In this document: positions 16,475 through 26,109 of the stretch, piece after piece
Layout: every line of letters begins with the position of its first letter
Position numbering within the stretch: the first letter of the stretch is position 1
DNA from: an uncultured Candidatus Bathyarchaeia archaeon
GTDB lineage: Archaea; Thermoproteota; Bathyarchaeia; Bathyarchaeales; Bathycorpusculaceae
Length of the DNA: 30,837 nt
Assembly (NCBI GenBank): GCA_964639375.1
Contig: CAZXCX010000001.1
Span: 1-30,837, forward strand
Reading direction: 5' to 3'
Notes under the pieces: generated by a model
Seen by the model: only the letters and a program-made list of their open reading frames with translations
What the model was told of the DNA's origin: nothing
Database searches by the model: none
Translations under genes and position numbers: made by a program

Positions 16475-16705
16475 TTACAATTATGAGTATAGAAAAGAGA
16501 CATTTCAAGTTAAAATATTGGAGACCTTGAGGGTTTGCTGGGGTCCTGTAGCCAGAATATAGGAGAAAATGCAGTTGTCTAAAAGCTGCTGCTGTTACTT
16601 TGATTGTGCAGAGCCCTTTCAGCCCTTGATGTTTTTTTCTCCTTTTTTGTGTGTGACCCCGAAAAAAGAGGGGGAAGATTGTTTGGTTGTTTGTTGTTGC
16701 GATGT

Positions 16706-19558
16706 TTACCGTTTTCTGAGCATCAAGATGATTACTAGCCCGACTACGATGATTGCTATGATTGCTCCGACTCCTATACCTAAGACGTACGTGTCAGTCA
16801 TCGGTGCCGGCGTTGGTGTTGGTCCTGGCGTAGGCTCTGGCGCTTCTGCCACGCTCATGTAGGTTATTGCTTGTGAGGGCCCGTAGGCTGCGGATCCTGC
16901 GAACGTAGCGATGATCTGGTAGTCGCCTGGAACCGGCGGTTCCCACGTTACACCGTAGGCGCCGGTCATGTCGCTTGTGGTTCTGCCGATCTCGTAGAAG
17001 TTGCCGTTAGGATCAAGCGTCTCCAACACTACTTCAACGCCTTTTGCGTCTGCTGGCTTTATCTGTTGCATGAACATGTATTCCATCCACGCGCTCATGT
17101 CTTCGTCGGATATTGCTGGAGTGCCCTTAAGTGTGAAGTCGATTTTGTCGTTTGTGTTACGTCTGCCAGAATCGGTCTGATCAGTGACTGTGCCTGTAAT
17201 CACTACGCTGGATCCCACTGTTGGAATAAGCTGTGGCGCGGAAACTGTGGTGGCGCTTGGGCCTTTGCCGTAAGCGTATATCATGTTGTCCAGGCTGTTG
17301 CTACTTAGTAGGATACCGTCTGCGAGAGCTCCACCAGTACCGAAGTCTAAGATGCTCCATATTTCCGTTCCGTCTGTGAGGTTGACACAACGTAAGCATG
17401 GACCACGTATCAGTGGAGCAGTGTACGAGTGCTCCCACGCCATAAAGTAAACCTTATCTTCAGTGATAGCGGCTATGTCTATTGGGTAGTTGCCGTAGGG
17501 AGTTTCGTCGCCGATGCCTTCAGCTTTGAAGGTCCATAGTTTTTCTCCTGTCGTAGCATTGTAAGCCGTCATACTTCCGGCGTAGCCGCCGTAGATGAGA
17601 AGCTTTCCATGATGGATGGATACGCCATCGCTATAGAACCAGTATTGTGGTATCTCACCTTCTTCCGTTTCCCATAGTGGCTTGCCTGACTCCAAGTCGT
17701 AAACCCATACTTTTAGGCTCTTTGCTTCTCCGAAAACCATTATGCCTTCTTCAGGATACACGCCTCTCAAGCTAAAGCCGCCTGTGAACATTCCTGCCAT
17801 TGTAATGTTTTTCGCTGTGTCAACGAATGGTGGCGTAAAGGTGGATTTCCAAAGCTGCGTGCCTTTATTATCTTCCGCCAGACTAATGCCCATCATCCAT
17901 CCGTTTCGCTTTTCTTCGGGGGTGTTTATTCCTATGTCGCCAACGATCATGTACTCACCTTCCCGAACAGCTTGGATTGAGCCGCCAGAGACGTCGGGTA
18001 TTGAGAAGTTCTGCCACCACATCTGGTTACCATCGTGCACAATGTTATAGTCCATATCGAAGGTAAGGAAGAAGTTCATACCTACACCAAAGTACGGATC
18101 TGTTGCTCCGAAATCTTGACCTGCAGGTCTCCACTGCCAAGCGCCTGTTCCGGTTTGAGCCGAAACCATAGTTCCAGATGAAGCGTTCCACACTCTGCAA
18201 TAATAGTTGATGTCATCGTTAGTGACATTATAGTTTTGTAAGCTGTAGTAGAGTATGCTTCCGTCTTTGCCGTACACCTGTGTGCCGCTACTGGACACGT
18301 TAGCTATGTAGCATAGCGTATTCATTGTGTATCCGTCAATCATCTTCCAAACGGTACCAAGGCTGACCGGCGTTTGCGTTCTATTCACCGTATAAAATGT
18401 ACCTGTCTGCTTAGGAAGCAGCCCTGCCTTTTCCTGGTACGAATGAGCTAACGTGATAATCTCTGGCACTTCGACAGCAGCGGCGCCTCCGAAGAAGAAG
18501 CCTCCTCCGCCAGTTTGCCATAGATACGCGAATCCTCCGTGCTGGTTAGGCGACTCGTAGTCGTAGATTGAACCCATATTCGGACATGTTGCATCGTAGT
18601 CTTTGGACAGCGTTTCGCCTGTATACAGATCAATTATTTCCCAGCCTTGGCTGCCAGTGTGAGCGTAGATTGGGGTAAAGTGAACTTTGCCGTCAAGTAT
18701 TATGGTTGGGTTAAAGCCGACACCTTGGTAGTGTTGAGTTGCAAAGGGGATGTCGCCGAAACGTTCATCCATGAGGCCTCCAATGTAGAACGGTTTTGAC
18801 CATAGTATGTGAGCGCTTTCTGGTCCATTGCCGTAAGCATAGACGCCGCCCATGCCAAACAAGCCGCCGCCCCCGCCGATGGTGCCGCCTGAACCGCCCA
18901 TAGGCCATGAATTTGCGGCACTGCCAAGCCAGTTACCGGTAAGCGTATACCAGCCTCTGGATGCGTCGTTTATTGGGCGAGTCCAGTAATCGTTCGGAAG
19001 AGGCGACTCAACCCATTGTGGTGTAGGTTCTTCTTGAACCTCGAATGTTGCTTTTGGGCTAACAGCAGCACTATAGATTAAGTGATCTCCTGGCATGTAA
19101 AAAACAGGCACCATACCCGCATAATCAATATACATCACCTTGAGTTCTTTATCGGTATACGGAAAGATAGCTTGAATCGTATACGTGCCTACTTTATCGG
19201 GAGTGTACTTAATCCAGTTAGCGCCGACTGGATCGCTATAGGGCATCTCTAAGATCTCCGTCTCATTGTCAGGGTCCCAAACTTTTATTTGCATACCATC
19301 CCACCCAGCTCTACCACTGGGTGAGATAACAATACCCGACTGTTCACCGATATCTGGGGGCATATCTGCAGTCCAAGCGACAAGCAATAGATCTTCACCG
19401 AGACCAAGCGGGCGGTCTCCAATGCCGGTAGCAACGTAAACCCAAGAATAGAAGTTTTTTGTAGCTGCATTGGCCATAGGTAAAGGTACGATAATAGCAA
19501 TAGTTGCCATCAGAAACACTGCAATCAAAGTTAGTGTTTGTTTTCTCGATATTTTCAT
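16706..19558 (-). CDS. Large cell-surface PQQ-like beta-propeller repeat protein with C-terminal Ig-like domain and anchor (950 aa from the ATG at 19558)
   Basis: Signal peptide MKISRKQTLTLIAVFLMATIAII; YNATTGEKLW and VNLTDGTEIW repeats; C-terminal GKGPSATTV...GTPAISDEDMSAWMEY block; PTP linker, TM helix and RKR. Confidence 0.88.
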   Translation of the reverse strand: MKISRKQTLTLIAVFLMATIAIIVPLPMANAATKNFYSWVYVATGIGDRPLGLGEDLLLVAWTADMPPDIGEQSGIVISPSGRAGWDGMQIKVWDPDNETEILEMPYSDPVGANWIKYTPDKVGTYTIQAIFPYTDKELKVMYIDYAGMVPVFYMPGDHLIYSAAVSPKATFEVQEEPTPQWVESPLPNDYWTRPINDASRGWYTLTGNWLGSAANSWPMGGSGGTIGGGGGLFGMGGVYAYGNGPESAHILWSKPFYIGGLMDERFGDIPFATQHYQGVGFNPTIILDGKVHFTPIYAHTGSQGWEIIDLYTGETLSKDYDATCPNMGSIYDYESPNQHGGFAYLWQTGGGGFFFGGAAAVEVPEIITLAHSYQEKAGLLPKQTGTFYTVNRTQTPVSLGTVWKMIDGYTMNTLCYIANVSSSGTQVYGKDGSILYYSLQNYNVTNDDINYYCRVWNASSGTMVSAQTGTGAWQWRPAGQDFGATDPYFGVGMNFFLTFDMDYNIVHDGNQMWWQNFSIPDVSGGSIQAVREGEYMIVGDIGINTPEEKRNGWMMGISLAEDNKGTQLWKSTFTPPFVDTAKNITMAGMFTGGFSLRGVYPEEGIMVFGEAKSLKVWVYDLESGKPLWETEEGEIPQYWFYSDGVSIHHGKLLIYGGYAGSMTAYNATTGEKLWTFKAEGIGDETPYGNYPIDIAAITEDKVYFMAWEHSYTAPLIRGPCLRCVNLTDGTEIWSILDFGTGGALADGILLSSNSLDNMIYAYGKGPSATTVSAPQLIPTVGSSVVITGTVTDQTDSGRRNTNDKIDFTLKGTPAISDEDMSAWMEYMFMQQIKPADAKGVEVVLETLDPNGNFYEIGRTTSDMTGAYGVTWEPPVPGDYQIIATFAGSAAYGPSQAITYMSVAEAPEPTPGPTPTPAPMTDTYVLGIGVGAIIAIIVVGLVIILMLRKR

Positions 19559-19631
19559 TTTTTTCTTTCCTTTAATTTTATTTTTTGTTGAGAGAAGATA
19601 AGCTTTTGAGAAGTTGCCTTCCCCCAACGGA

Positions 19632-19665
19632 GTCGCAATATGATGCGACATGCTTATAAATTTAA
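19632..19665. promoter_or_regulatory. Inverted repeat gtcgca-N6-tgcgac next to a bidirectional TATA-like element (ttataaatttaa)
   Basis: Perfect 6-bp arms at 19632-19637 and 19644-19649; TATA-like sequence at 19654-19665 between divergent genes. Confidence 0.45.
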
Positions 19666-19699
19666 CTGAAAAGCAACTTTTTTCGCGCGCGCAAACAAG

Positions 19700-20122
19700 G
19701 TGAAAACCCGGCTGCTTGTAGACACCGCCAAAAATAAGGACTCGGTGAAAAGAACGCTTGAGGAGATAATGCCCAGCAAAGGCGACTTCACCGTTAAACT
19801 TACCGCAGACAAAATCACAGTTAAACCCTACCTAATCATCGACCGCGAAGAAATATACGTCTCCACCCGAAAAAAACCACTCGCCTTTCCATGCTTACTG
19901 TGGACAAACAGCAAGAACGTAATCAGCATCTACGAAGAAAACTTGAGACCCTGGAACAGCAGCCAAATAATCACCATGCACCAAGAAAGAGACGCTACAG
20001 AAAAAAGGCTAACTAACAACATTTCAAAACCCCAAAGAACTACAGAGCTTAAGTTCCAAGCGTATTTTCCCTATTTATGGATTGAAAACTTGCGTGAACT
20101 GGCAGATCAGCATTTAAAATAA
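19700..20122 (+). CDS. Hypothetical protein, weakly resembling the C-terminal effector domain of TrmB-family regulators
   Basis: GTG start; PYLIIDREEI...LLWTNSKNVISIYEEN resembles the TrmB C-terminal 'iiD..e......lWtn....' pattern; overlaps the next gene's end by 16 bp. Confidence 0.45.
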   Translation: MKTRLLVDTAKNKDSVKRTLEEIMPSKGDFTVKLTADKITVKPYLIIDREEIYVSTRKKPLAFPCLLWTNSKNVISIYEENLRPWNSSQIITMHQERDATEKRLTNNISKPQRTTELKFQAYFPYLWIENLRELADQHLK

Positions 20123-21666
20123 ACTACCCTTCCGCCCACAATGGTCATCTCCACCTCAATGTCGCCTATTTCGTTCGGCTTAACCATCCTCGGGTCACGA
20201 GAAATGACTGTGAGATCTGCTAATTTGCCCTTTTCAATCGACCCCTTGATGTTTTCCTCAAACGAAGCATATGCCGCGTCAACCGTGTAAAGGCACAAGG
20301 CCTCCTCAACGCTTATGCGTTCTTCAGGAAAGAACTCTCTGGTCACAGCAGTTTGCATGCCCAACAGAGGGCTTAACGGTTCCATCGGGCAGTCCGAGCC
20401 GCCGACCACCCGCACTCCTTCCCGAAGCAAAGTTTTTACTGGAAAAAGCCACTTAGCCCTTTCGGAGCCTAAATGTTCAATAGCGGACCAAACTGAAAAT
20501 TCGGAGGCAACAACACAAGGCTGCACGGAAACAATCACCTTCTGCTTTTTCAAGCGTTGAACTAGCCTCTCTTTGACGACTGCAGCTTGTTCTATGCGAT
20601 TGCGATGACCTTTTCCTGACGTTTCTATTGTAGTTAGCGCAGCGTCCACAGCCTTGTCGCCCACAGCATGTATCACCAGCTGGAGACCAGCCTTAACGAT
20701 TTTTATGGCTGCCGTGTTCATTTCCTCTTGCGTACAGAGCAGCTTGCCGCTTGATCCAGTATCATCGCTGTAGGGTTGAAACAGTGCTGCAGTTCTAGCG
20801 GCTAAATAGCCGTCTGCAAAGATCAGCCCTCCCCCAACCTTCAAGGCTAAAGCATCGCTTGGCTTTAAGCCTGCTATTTTGTCCAAAAAATTCGCTGGAA
20901 CTATCACGTAAACCCTCAGAGGCAGCCTGTGTTGCTCATGAAGCTTCTGAATTATCGAAATCTCAATTGGAGATAAGACGATCCAGTGCACACTGGTCAC
21001 ACCAGCTTCCACGATTTTTTCACACGCCAAACCAGCGGCGTCCAACAACTCTTCCTCACTCGGTTCAGGAATTACCTTCCACAATAGGTTCGTGGCGTTC
21101 TCCCGCAAAACGCCCGTGGGTTCACCCGTCTTCTGATCCCTGTCAATCAAGCCACCTGACCGTGCACGGATCGCCTTTGCAACGCCAGCCAATTCTAAGG
21201 CCTTGCTGTTTACGACGCATAGTTGCCCACACTGGTGATAAAAGATCACTGGATTATCAGGCGAAACCAAGTCCAGATCAAAGCGCGTGGGAAGACGTTT
21301 CTCGGTAAAACGCTTTTTGCCCCAGCCGCGACCTATTATCCATTTTCCCTTAGGCGTTTTCTGTTTGCATCTGCTGAGGCTTTCTTGCATTTCCTTAATG
21401 GAGCCTACGTCGCTTAAGTCGATCCAAGTTAGGAGTCTTCCAAAGTCAGCAACGTGAATATGTGTGTCTATGAAACCTGGAACTACTGTTTTCCCATTTA
21501 GGCTTATGATTTTCGTGTCTTTCCCAATCCACTCGCCAATCTCCTCGTTTGTACCGACCTGAACTATTCTGTCGCCTTTTATGGCTATTGCCTTCGAAAA
21601 GGGCTGAGACCTGTCCATGGTTAAAACGTTAGCACCGATTAAAACTAAATCCGCCCACATCACCAT
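20107..21666 (-). CDS. YtcJ-like amidohydrolase (amidohydrolase_3 family) with atypical metal ligands
   Basis: VVPGFIDTHIH, HAVGDKA, GGSDCP and C-terminal KGSIEKGKLADLTV motifs. Confidence 0.9.
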   Translation of the reverse strand: MVMWADLVLIGANVLTMDRSQPFSKAIAIKGDRIVQVGTNEEIGEWIGKDTKIISLNGKTVVPGFIDTHIHVADFGRLLTWIDLSDVGSIKEMQESLSRCKQKTPKGKWIIGRGWGKKRFTEKRLPTRFDLDLVSPDNPVIFYHQCGQLCVVNSKALELAGVAKAIRARSGGLIDRDQKTGEPTGVLRENATNLLWKVIPEPSEEELLDAAGLACEKIVEAGVTSVHWIVLSPIEISIIQKLHEQHRLPLRVYVIVPANFLDKIAGLKPSDALALKVGGGLIFADGYLAARTAALFQPYSDDTGSSGKLLCTQEEMNTAAIKIVKAGLQLVIHAVGDKAVDAALTTIETSGKGHRNRIEQAAVVKERLVQRLKKQKVIVSVQPCVVASEFSVWSAIEHLGSERAKWLFPVKTLLREGVRVVGGSDCPMEPLSPLLGMQTAVTREFFPEERISVEEALCLYTVDAAYASFEENIKGSIEKGKLADLTVISRDPRMVKPNEIGDIEVEMTIVGGRVVYFKC

Positions 21667-21687
21667 CCCAACTTGCCATTTATCGCT

Positions 21688-23169
21688 TCACACAGTTCGT
21701 GGACTCTTGGGTTGAGACCTCACCTTTTTGAGACCGCTAAAAATCCACCTTGGCAGTTTCATCCGCCACAGACGATCATTTAGCGCAGTCCGAGCCATAT
21801 TTTTACTGTAAAACGTTCCTCTCAAAGATTGACGCAAAATATATGACCAAGAATAAAAACGGTTATAGAAGTCTCTCCGTGTCTCAACGAGATCCACAGG
21901 CAGCAGCGGATTTTCGTACACTGGTGTTTGCAAGTCATATTGACTCCAATCTGTTGACATTTTCCATCCCAAATCCTCCAAAGTATTGCGAAGCGCAGTG
22001 CCAGGATAGGGCGTTGCCACACACAAATAGACATAGTCCGGTTCGGTTCTTCGAATGAAGTTAAAGGTTTGTTTTAGCGTTTCTGGTGTCTCGCCTGGGT
22101 ATCCAATAATTACAGACACGGCGACCGATAGGCCGACCTCCTTTGCCATCTTAACCGCCTTTTCATTTTGTTCAATAGTCGTCCTCTTATTCACGGCGTC
22201 CAATATTTTTTGGCAACCTGACTCAGCGCCGAAACTGACGAGTTGGCAGTCTGCATCTCTCATCTTAACCAGAACCTCTTCAGAAATTCGATCAACCCTC
22301 GTTTGACAATCCCACGGAACGCCAATTTTCCGTTTTTGGATTTCCTCACAAATCTTAATTGCCCTCCTCTCGTCATAGGTGAAATCGTCATCATAAAAAC
22401 TGAAGGCGCCAGCCCCATGCACATCTCTTAACCACTCAAGTTCGTCAACGACACTGATTGGTTTCCTAGCTCTAAACATTTTCCCAACCATTCGAGACGA
22501 AACGCAATAGGAACACTGAAAAGGGCATCCTCTGCTTGTCAAAATCGGAAGTATCGTTTTTCCAAAAAATTGGTACTTCTTTAACGTGAAATACTGATAT
22601 GCCGGACGCGGCAGTTCATCAAGGTTTTGAATAAACGGTCTGTCTGGCGTGCGAATTACGTGTCCGTTCTTTCTAAAAGAAATCCCCAAAACGGATTGAA
22701 GGTCGCCAGAACCAACCAGTCTCGGCAACAGCTCAATTATAGTCTCTTCGCCCTCGCCCCTAACCACTACGTCAACATCTGGCTGTTCGCTGAGAATTTG
22801 GCTATCCAAAAATGTGGGGTGAGGTCCCCCTAAAACAACAGCGGCGTTTGGATAGGTTTCTTTTGCGTTATGCGTCGCTAAAAGTGCGGATTTAATTGTG
22901 GGAGTCACAGAGGTAATGCCAACGACGTCGGGCTCAAAGGAGGCAATCTTGGCTGCTAAATTCTTATGGTCTATTCCAAGCGCTGGGCAATCAAACACTG
23001 TTAATTCATGCCCGTTTTTCTCAAGGACAGCCGCCAAATAGGCTAAACCAATCGGTAAATTGGGGCACCAAATTTGTTCTATCTCCATCGATGGCGGAAT
23101 AACCAGCGCAATCTTAACTTTTCGACCCGCCTTAGCCGTTTTCTTTACACCACCACTCAACAATGTCAC
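21688..23169 (-). CDS. Cobalamin-binding radical SAM protein
   Basis: PIGLAYLAAVL, GGPHPT, SRGCPFQCSYC, DDDFT and GAESG motifs. Confidence 0.92.
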   Translation of the reverse strand: MTLLSGGVKKTAKAGRKVKIALVIPPSMEIEQIWCPNLPIGLAYLAAVLEKNGHELTVFDCPALGIDHKNLAAKIASFEPDVVGITSVTPTIKSALLATHNAKETYPNAAVVLGGPHPTFLDSQILSEQPDVDVVVRGEGEETIIELLPRLVGSGDLQSVLGISFRKNGHVIRTPDRPFIQNLDELPRPAYQYFTLKKYQFFGKTILPILTSRGCPFQCSYCVSSRMVGKMFRARKPISVVDELEWLRDVHGAGAFSFYDDDFTYDERRAIKICEEIQKRKIGVPWDCQTRVDRISEEVLVKMRDADCQLVSFGAESGCQKILDAVNKRTTIEQNEKAVKMAKEVGLSVAVSVIIGYPGETPETLKQTFNFIRRTEPDYVYLCVATPYPGTALRNTLEDLGWKMSTDWSQYDLQTPVYENPLLPVDLVETRRDFYNRFYSWSYILRQSLRGTFYSKNMARTALNDRLWRMKLPRWIFSGLKKVRSQPKSPRTV

Positions 23170-23300
23170 CGCGTGCTAATGGCACCCATTCAATCCTAAA
23201 CTAAAAATCTAAGTAGACTAATTAACTTTCTCTAGAACGGGGAAAAATTGCTTAGTAACAATTGCTTAGCAGTATTATCTGAAGATTGCCCCTCTTAAGG

Positions 23301-24269
23301 CTACTTTTCCATGCGTTTCTTTAACAGAATTAGAGGTATGCCTAGAGCTGGCAGAGTAACACACCAGAGGTCAGCATTATTAAACATGAAGAACACGATC
23401 CAGATCGAGGGTCCTCCCACGTACCCAAAAATCCTGAATAGTGAGATTATGGTGATAAAGTACCCTCCTAAAAGCGTGAGAGTCACTCCCAATCTTCGCA
23501 GATCTATTCCCGCGGCTGGGTCTCGCATTGCAGGCAGAGTGGAACAAAGGAAGAAGACTGCGAGTAAAGGCAACCCGACTGCTGTTAGGATAAAGGTGAA
23601 CATGTTCAGAGGATATTCTAGAATGTAGCTCAACCCGTAGCCAGGATAAAGGGAAGCGTAACTTTCAGGCTGGACGAATGACGCAATCCACTGCGTCAAG
23701 TAGGTAAGCCAGAAAACAATAAAATAACACACACCCACAACGCTAACCCACTTAAAAGTTTCCTTATTAAACTTTGCATCAGGAGTTAACTTCGACCTGA
23801 ACTTAAGCAACGAGATGGGCATGATTATTGCCTCCACTAGGGTAGGTATTGCGGTCTCGATAAAGAACCAAAGTCCTCCGGACTCTCCACTGATCAAAGT
23901 ATGCCCTCCTGCCAATCCGAGTCCTGCTTGGAAACCTAAAATCGCCGAAGGAGTGAAACACAAGAAATATAATGCCTCCAAAACCACTGCGAAGCTGATG
24001 AGTCTCATAATTTTTGAAATCTCTTTTCCCTTCAAGAAATTGACTAAAGCCAATATAGCTAGAGTAACGGCGCCAATTCGTAAGATAAATCCTAATGTTC
24101 CTGCGCCTTCCGTGAGAAAGTCAATTAAAAGCGTATAATTGACCGCTTGTGGAACCCAGCTGAGCCCTTTAAAAAACCAGTAGACTGTAAAAAATAGCCA
24201 AGAACAAAGAACTATTAAAAGCCCCACTTTAACGAGAGATTTTCTATAATTCATGCAAATTCCTTTCAT
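23301..24269 (-). CDS. Multi-pass membrane protein of unknown function (start may be the ATG at 24254)
   Basis: About 8 long hydrophobic segments; no recognisable family motif. Confidence 0.8.
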   Translation of the reverse strand: MKGICMNYRKSLVKVGLLIVLCSWLFFTVYWFFKGLSWVPQAVNYTLLIDFLTEGAGTLGFILRIGAVTLAILALVNFLKGKEISKIMRLISFAVVLEALYFLCFTPSAILGFQAGLGLAGGHTLISGESGGLWFFIETAIPTLVEAIIMPISLLKFRSKLTPDAKFNKETFKWVSVVGVCYFIVFWLTYLTQWIASFVQPESYASLYPGYGLSYILEYPLNMFTFILTAVGLPLLAVFFLCSTLPAMRDPAAGIDLRRLGVTLTLLGGYFITIISLFRIFGYVGGPSIWIVFFMFNNADLWCVTLPALGIPLILLKKRMEK

Positions 24270-24388
24270 TATTAGTCCCTGAAAAAGTGTATAAACTTTT
24301 TGACGATGGCAACAGTTCTTCAGAAACAGCTTTTAAAGAAATCAAGGATAAAAAATGCTTTCGTTAAAGAGAATCAAGTTCTGGTCTG

Positions 24389-25750
24389 CTACGCGAGTCC
24401 CACGTTAAAGCCCTTTCTCAAGACACTAAGCAAGCCCTCTCGTCTGATTCTTCGAAATATCCTTCTCGGAGACATATAGAAGCCATTTTGATAGCGCTTT
24501 TGAATCTCCATCACTGATTCGTAGTCAAAGTCTTCGGTTTTGACGTAAGCCAAGAAACTTTCCATGCGATCATAGAGCTTTTTCTGCAATACCTCTTGGT
24601 ACAGGGCGCTGTCTGGGCACGCTATAAAGACGTTAAACTGGCACCAGTCCGGATCTAATTCCTTGGCAAATTCGTATGTCGTTTCCATGTCCTCTTTTGT
24701 TTCTCCAGGTATTCCTAGCATAAAGGAACAGGCGATCTGTATCCCTTCTTTCCTACAAAGCTTGAACCCTTCAATAAATTGCTCCCGAGTAAGTTTAATG
24801 TTGAGTTTTTTTAGAATGCGAGGGGAACCAGATTGGACTCCGAAAAATATGCTGCTGCATCCAGCGTCTTTCATTTCCTTCAGCAGGTCGCTCGAGATCA
24901 GGTCAACTCTAGTATCACATACCCACTCGAGGTTCAGTTTATGCTGTTTCATCAGATTACATAGTTCTATTGTATGCTTTTTGTTAATAGTAAAGTTGTC
25001 ACCTATGAAATAGATGCCTTTTGAACCATAGTTTTTGACCATGTACTCAAGTTCTTCAACCACTCTAGATGGGCTGAAGGCTCGGCATTTTGGTCCCCAT
25101 AATTTTTTGGTTTCGCAATAGCTGCACTCATACGGGCAGCCTCTTATAATATTGACAACATCTGCGGGTGCGGCTTTTAAATATCCAATTTTTCTGTCGT
25201 ATAGGCTCATCGGCAGTAGGTGCCTAGCTGGGTAAGGAATCTGATCTATGTTGCTAATAACTTGCGGAGGGTTTTTAATGGTTTCCCCTTTATATTTGAA
25301 AGCGATACCAGGAATGGCGGCGATAGTTTCTCTGTCATTACCTTTTGTGATGAGAGTAGCAAGTTTCACCATAGCCTGTTCGCCTTCTCCCATGACAACA
25401 TAGTCAATCTCTGGATGCTGCAACATGCTATCAGGCAAGTACGAAGGGTGCCACCCTCCGACCACCACTTTGCAGGATGGCAGCAACTCTTTAGCAACCT
25501 TTGCTGTTTCAACGCATCTTTGATAGGTTACAGAGCTGCAAGTTATACCTATTATTTCTGGGTTAAGTCTTTCAATTTCCTGTTTGACGTAATCCATTGG
25601 CTTATTAAGCTGATAATTGTCAAGCATGTTCACTTGGAAGCCCGCTTTCTCGAGAGCCGCCGCAACATAAGCTAATCCTAAGGGGGGAAGCCTTGCTGGC
25701 ACGCCCCAAGGTGACTTTAAAGGCGGGGCAGTAGTCATCAACAAAATCAC
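24389..25750 (-). CDS. Cobalamin-binding radical SAM protein
   Basis: PPLGLAYVAAAL, GGWHPS, IRGCPYECSYC, GDNFT and GVQSG motifs. Confidence 0.92.
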   Translation of the reverse strand: MILLMTTAPPLKSPWGVPARLPPLGLAYVAAALEKAGFQVNMLDNYQLNKPMDYVKQEIERLNPEIIGITCSSVTYQRCVETAKVAKELLPSCKVVVGGWHPSYLPDSMLQHPEIDYVVMGEGEQAMVKLATLITKGNDRETIAAIPGIAFKYKGETIKNPPQVISNIDQIPYPARHLLPMSLYDRKIGYLKAAPADVVNIIRGCPYECSYCETKKLWGPKCRAFSPSRVVEELEYMVKNYGSKGIYFIGDNFTINKKHTIELCNLMKQHKLNLEWVCDTRVDLISSDLLKEMKDAGCSSIFFGVQSGSPRILKKLNIKLTREQFIEGFKLCRKEGIQIACSFMLGIPGETKEDMETTYEFAKELDPDWCQFNVFIACPDSALYQEVLQKKLYDRMESFLAYVKTEDFDYESVMEIQKRYQNGFYMSPRRIFRRIRREGLLSVLRKGFNVGLA

Positions 25751-26109
25751 TTGCAGTTTCTCCCTTGATCATGTGATGGATTTGTTCATAACAGAGGAGT
25801 TCACTTAAATAATAACTTAACTGTGTGCACCACTCTGAGAGAAGAGCTAGCAGATAAAGCAAAAGCACTCATAAATTTCTTTCAATTTTCTATATGTACA
25901 TTAAAGTTTTAAGACTGAAGTTGGAAGGGCTTTACGCACTGTTAATTTGCTAGCTTGCCAACTTTTTGTTTCTGCACTTTGATGGCGTTTCCTCAATTAA
26001 AGGCAAATTATGGAAACTTTAATCTGTGCCTTTCAGTAAAGATAGAGTCTAACAAGGTTTAAGATAGTTTAGATGACTACGGCTTACCGTACCAAAATAA
26101 ACCTTTGAA

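Noticed and set aside
16569-16862. Cys-rich 97-aa plus-strand ORF
   Set aside because: Antisense to the end and T/A-rich terminator region of the propeller gene; its Cys runs come from tgt/tgc-rich low-complexity DNA.
16706-19651. Start of the propeller gene at 19651 (981 aa)
   Set aside because: The first 31 codons cover promoter DNA; the signal peptide starts at the ATG at 19558.
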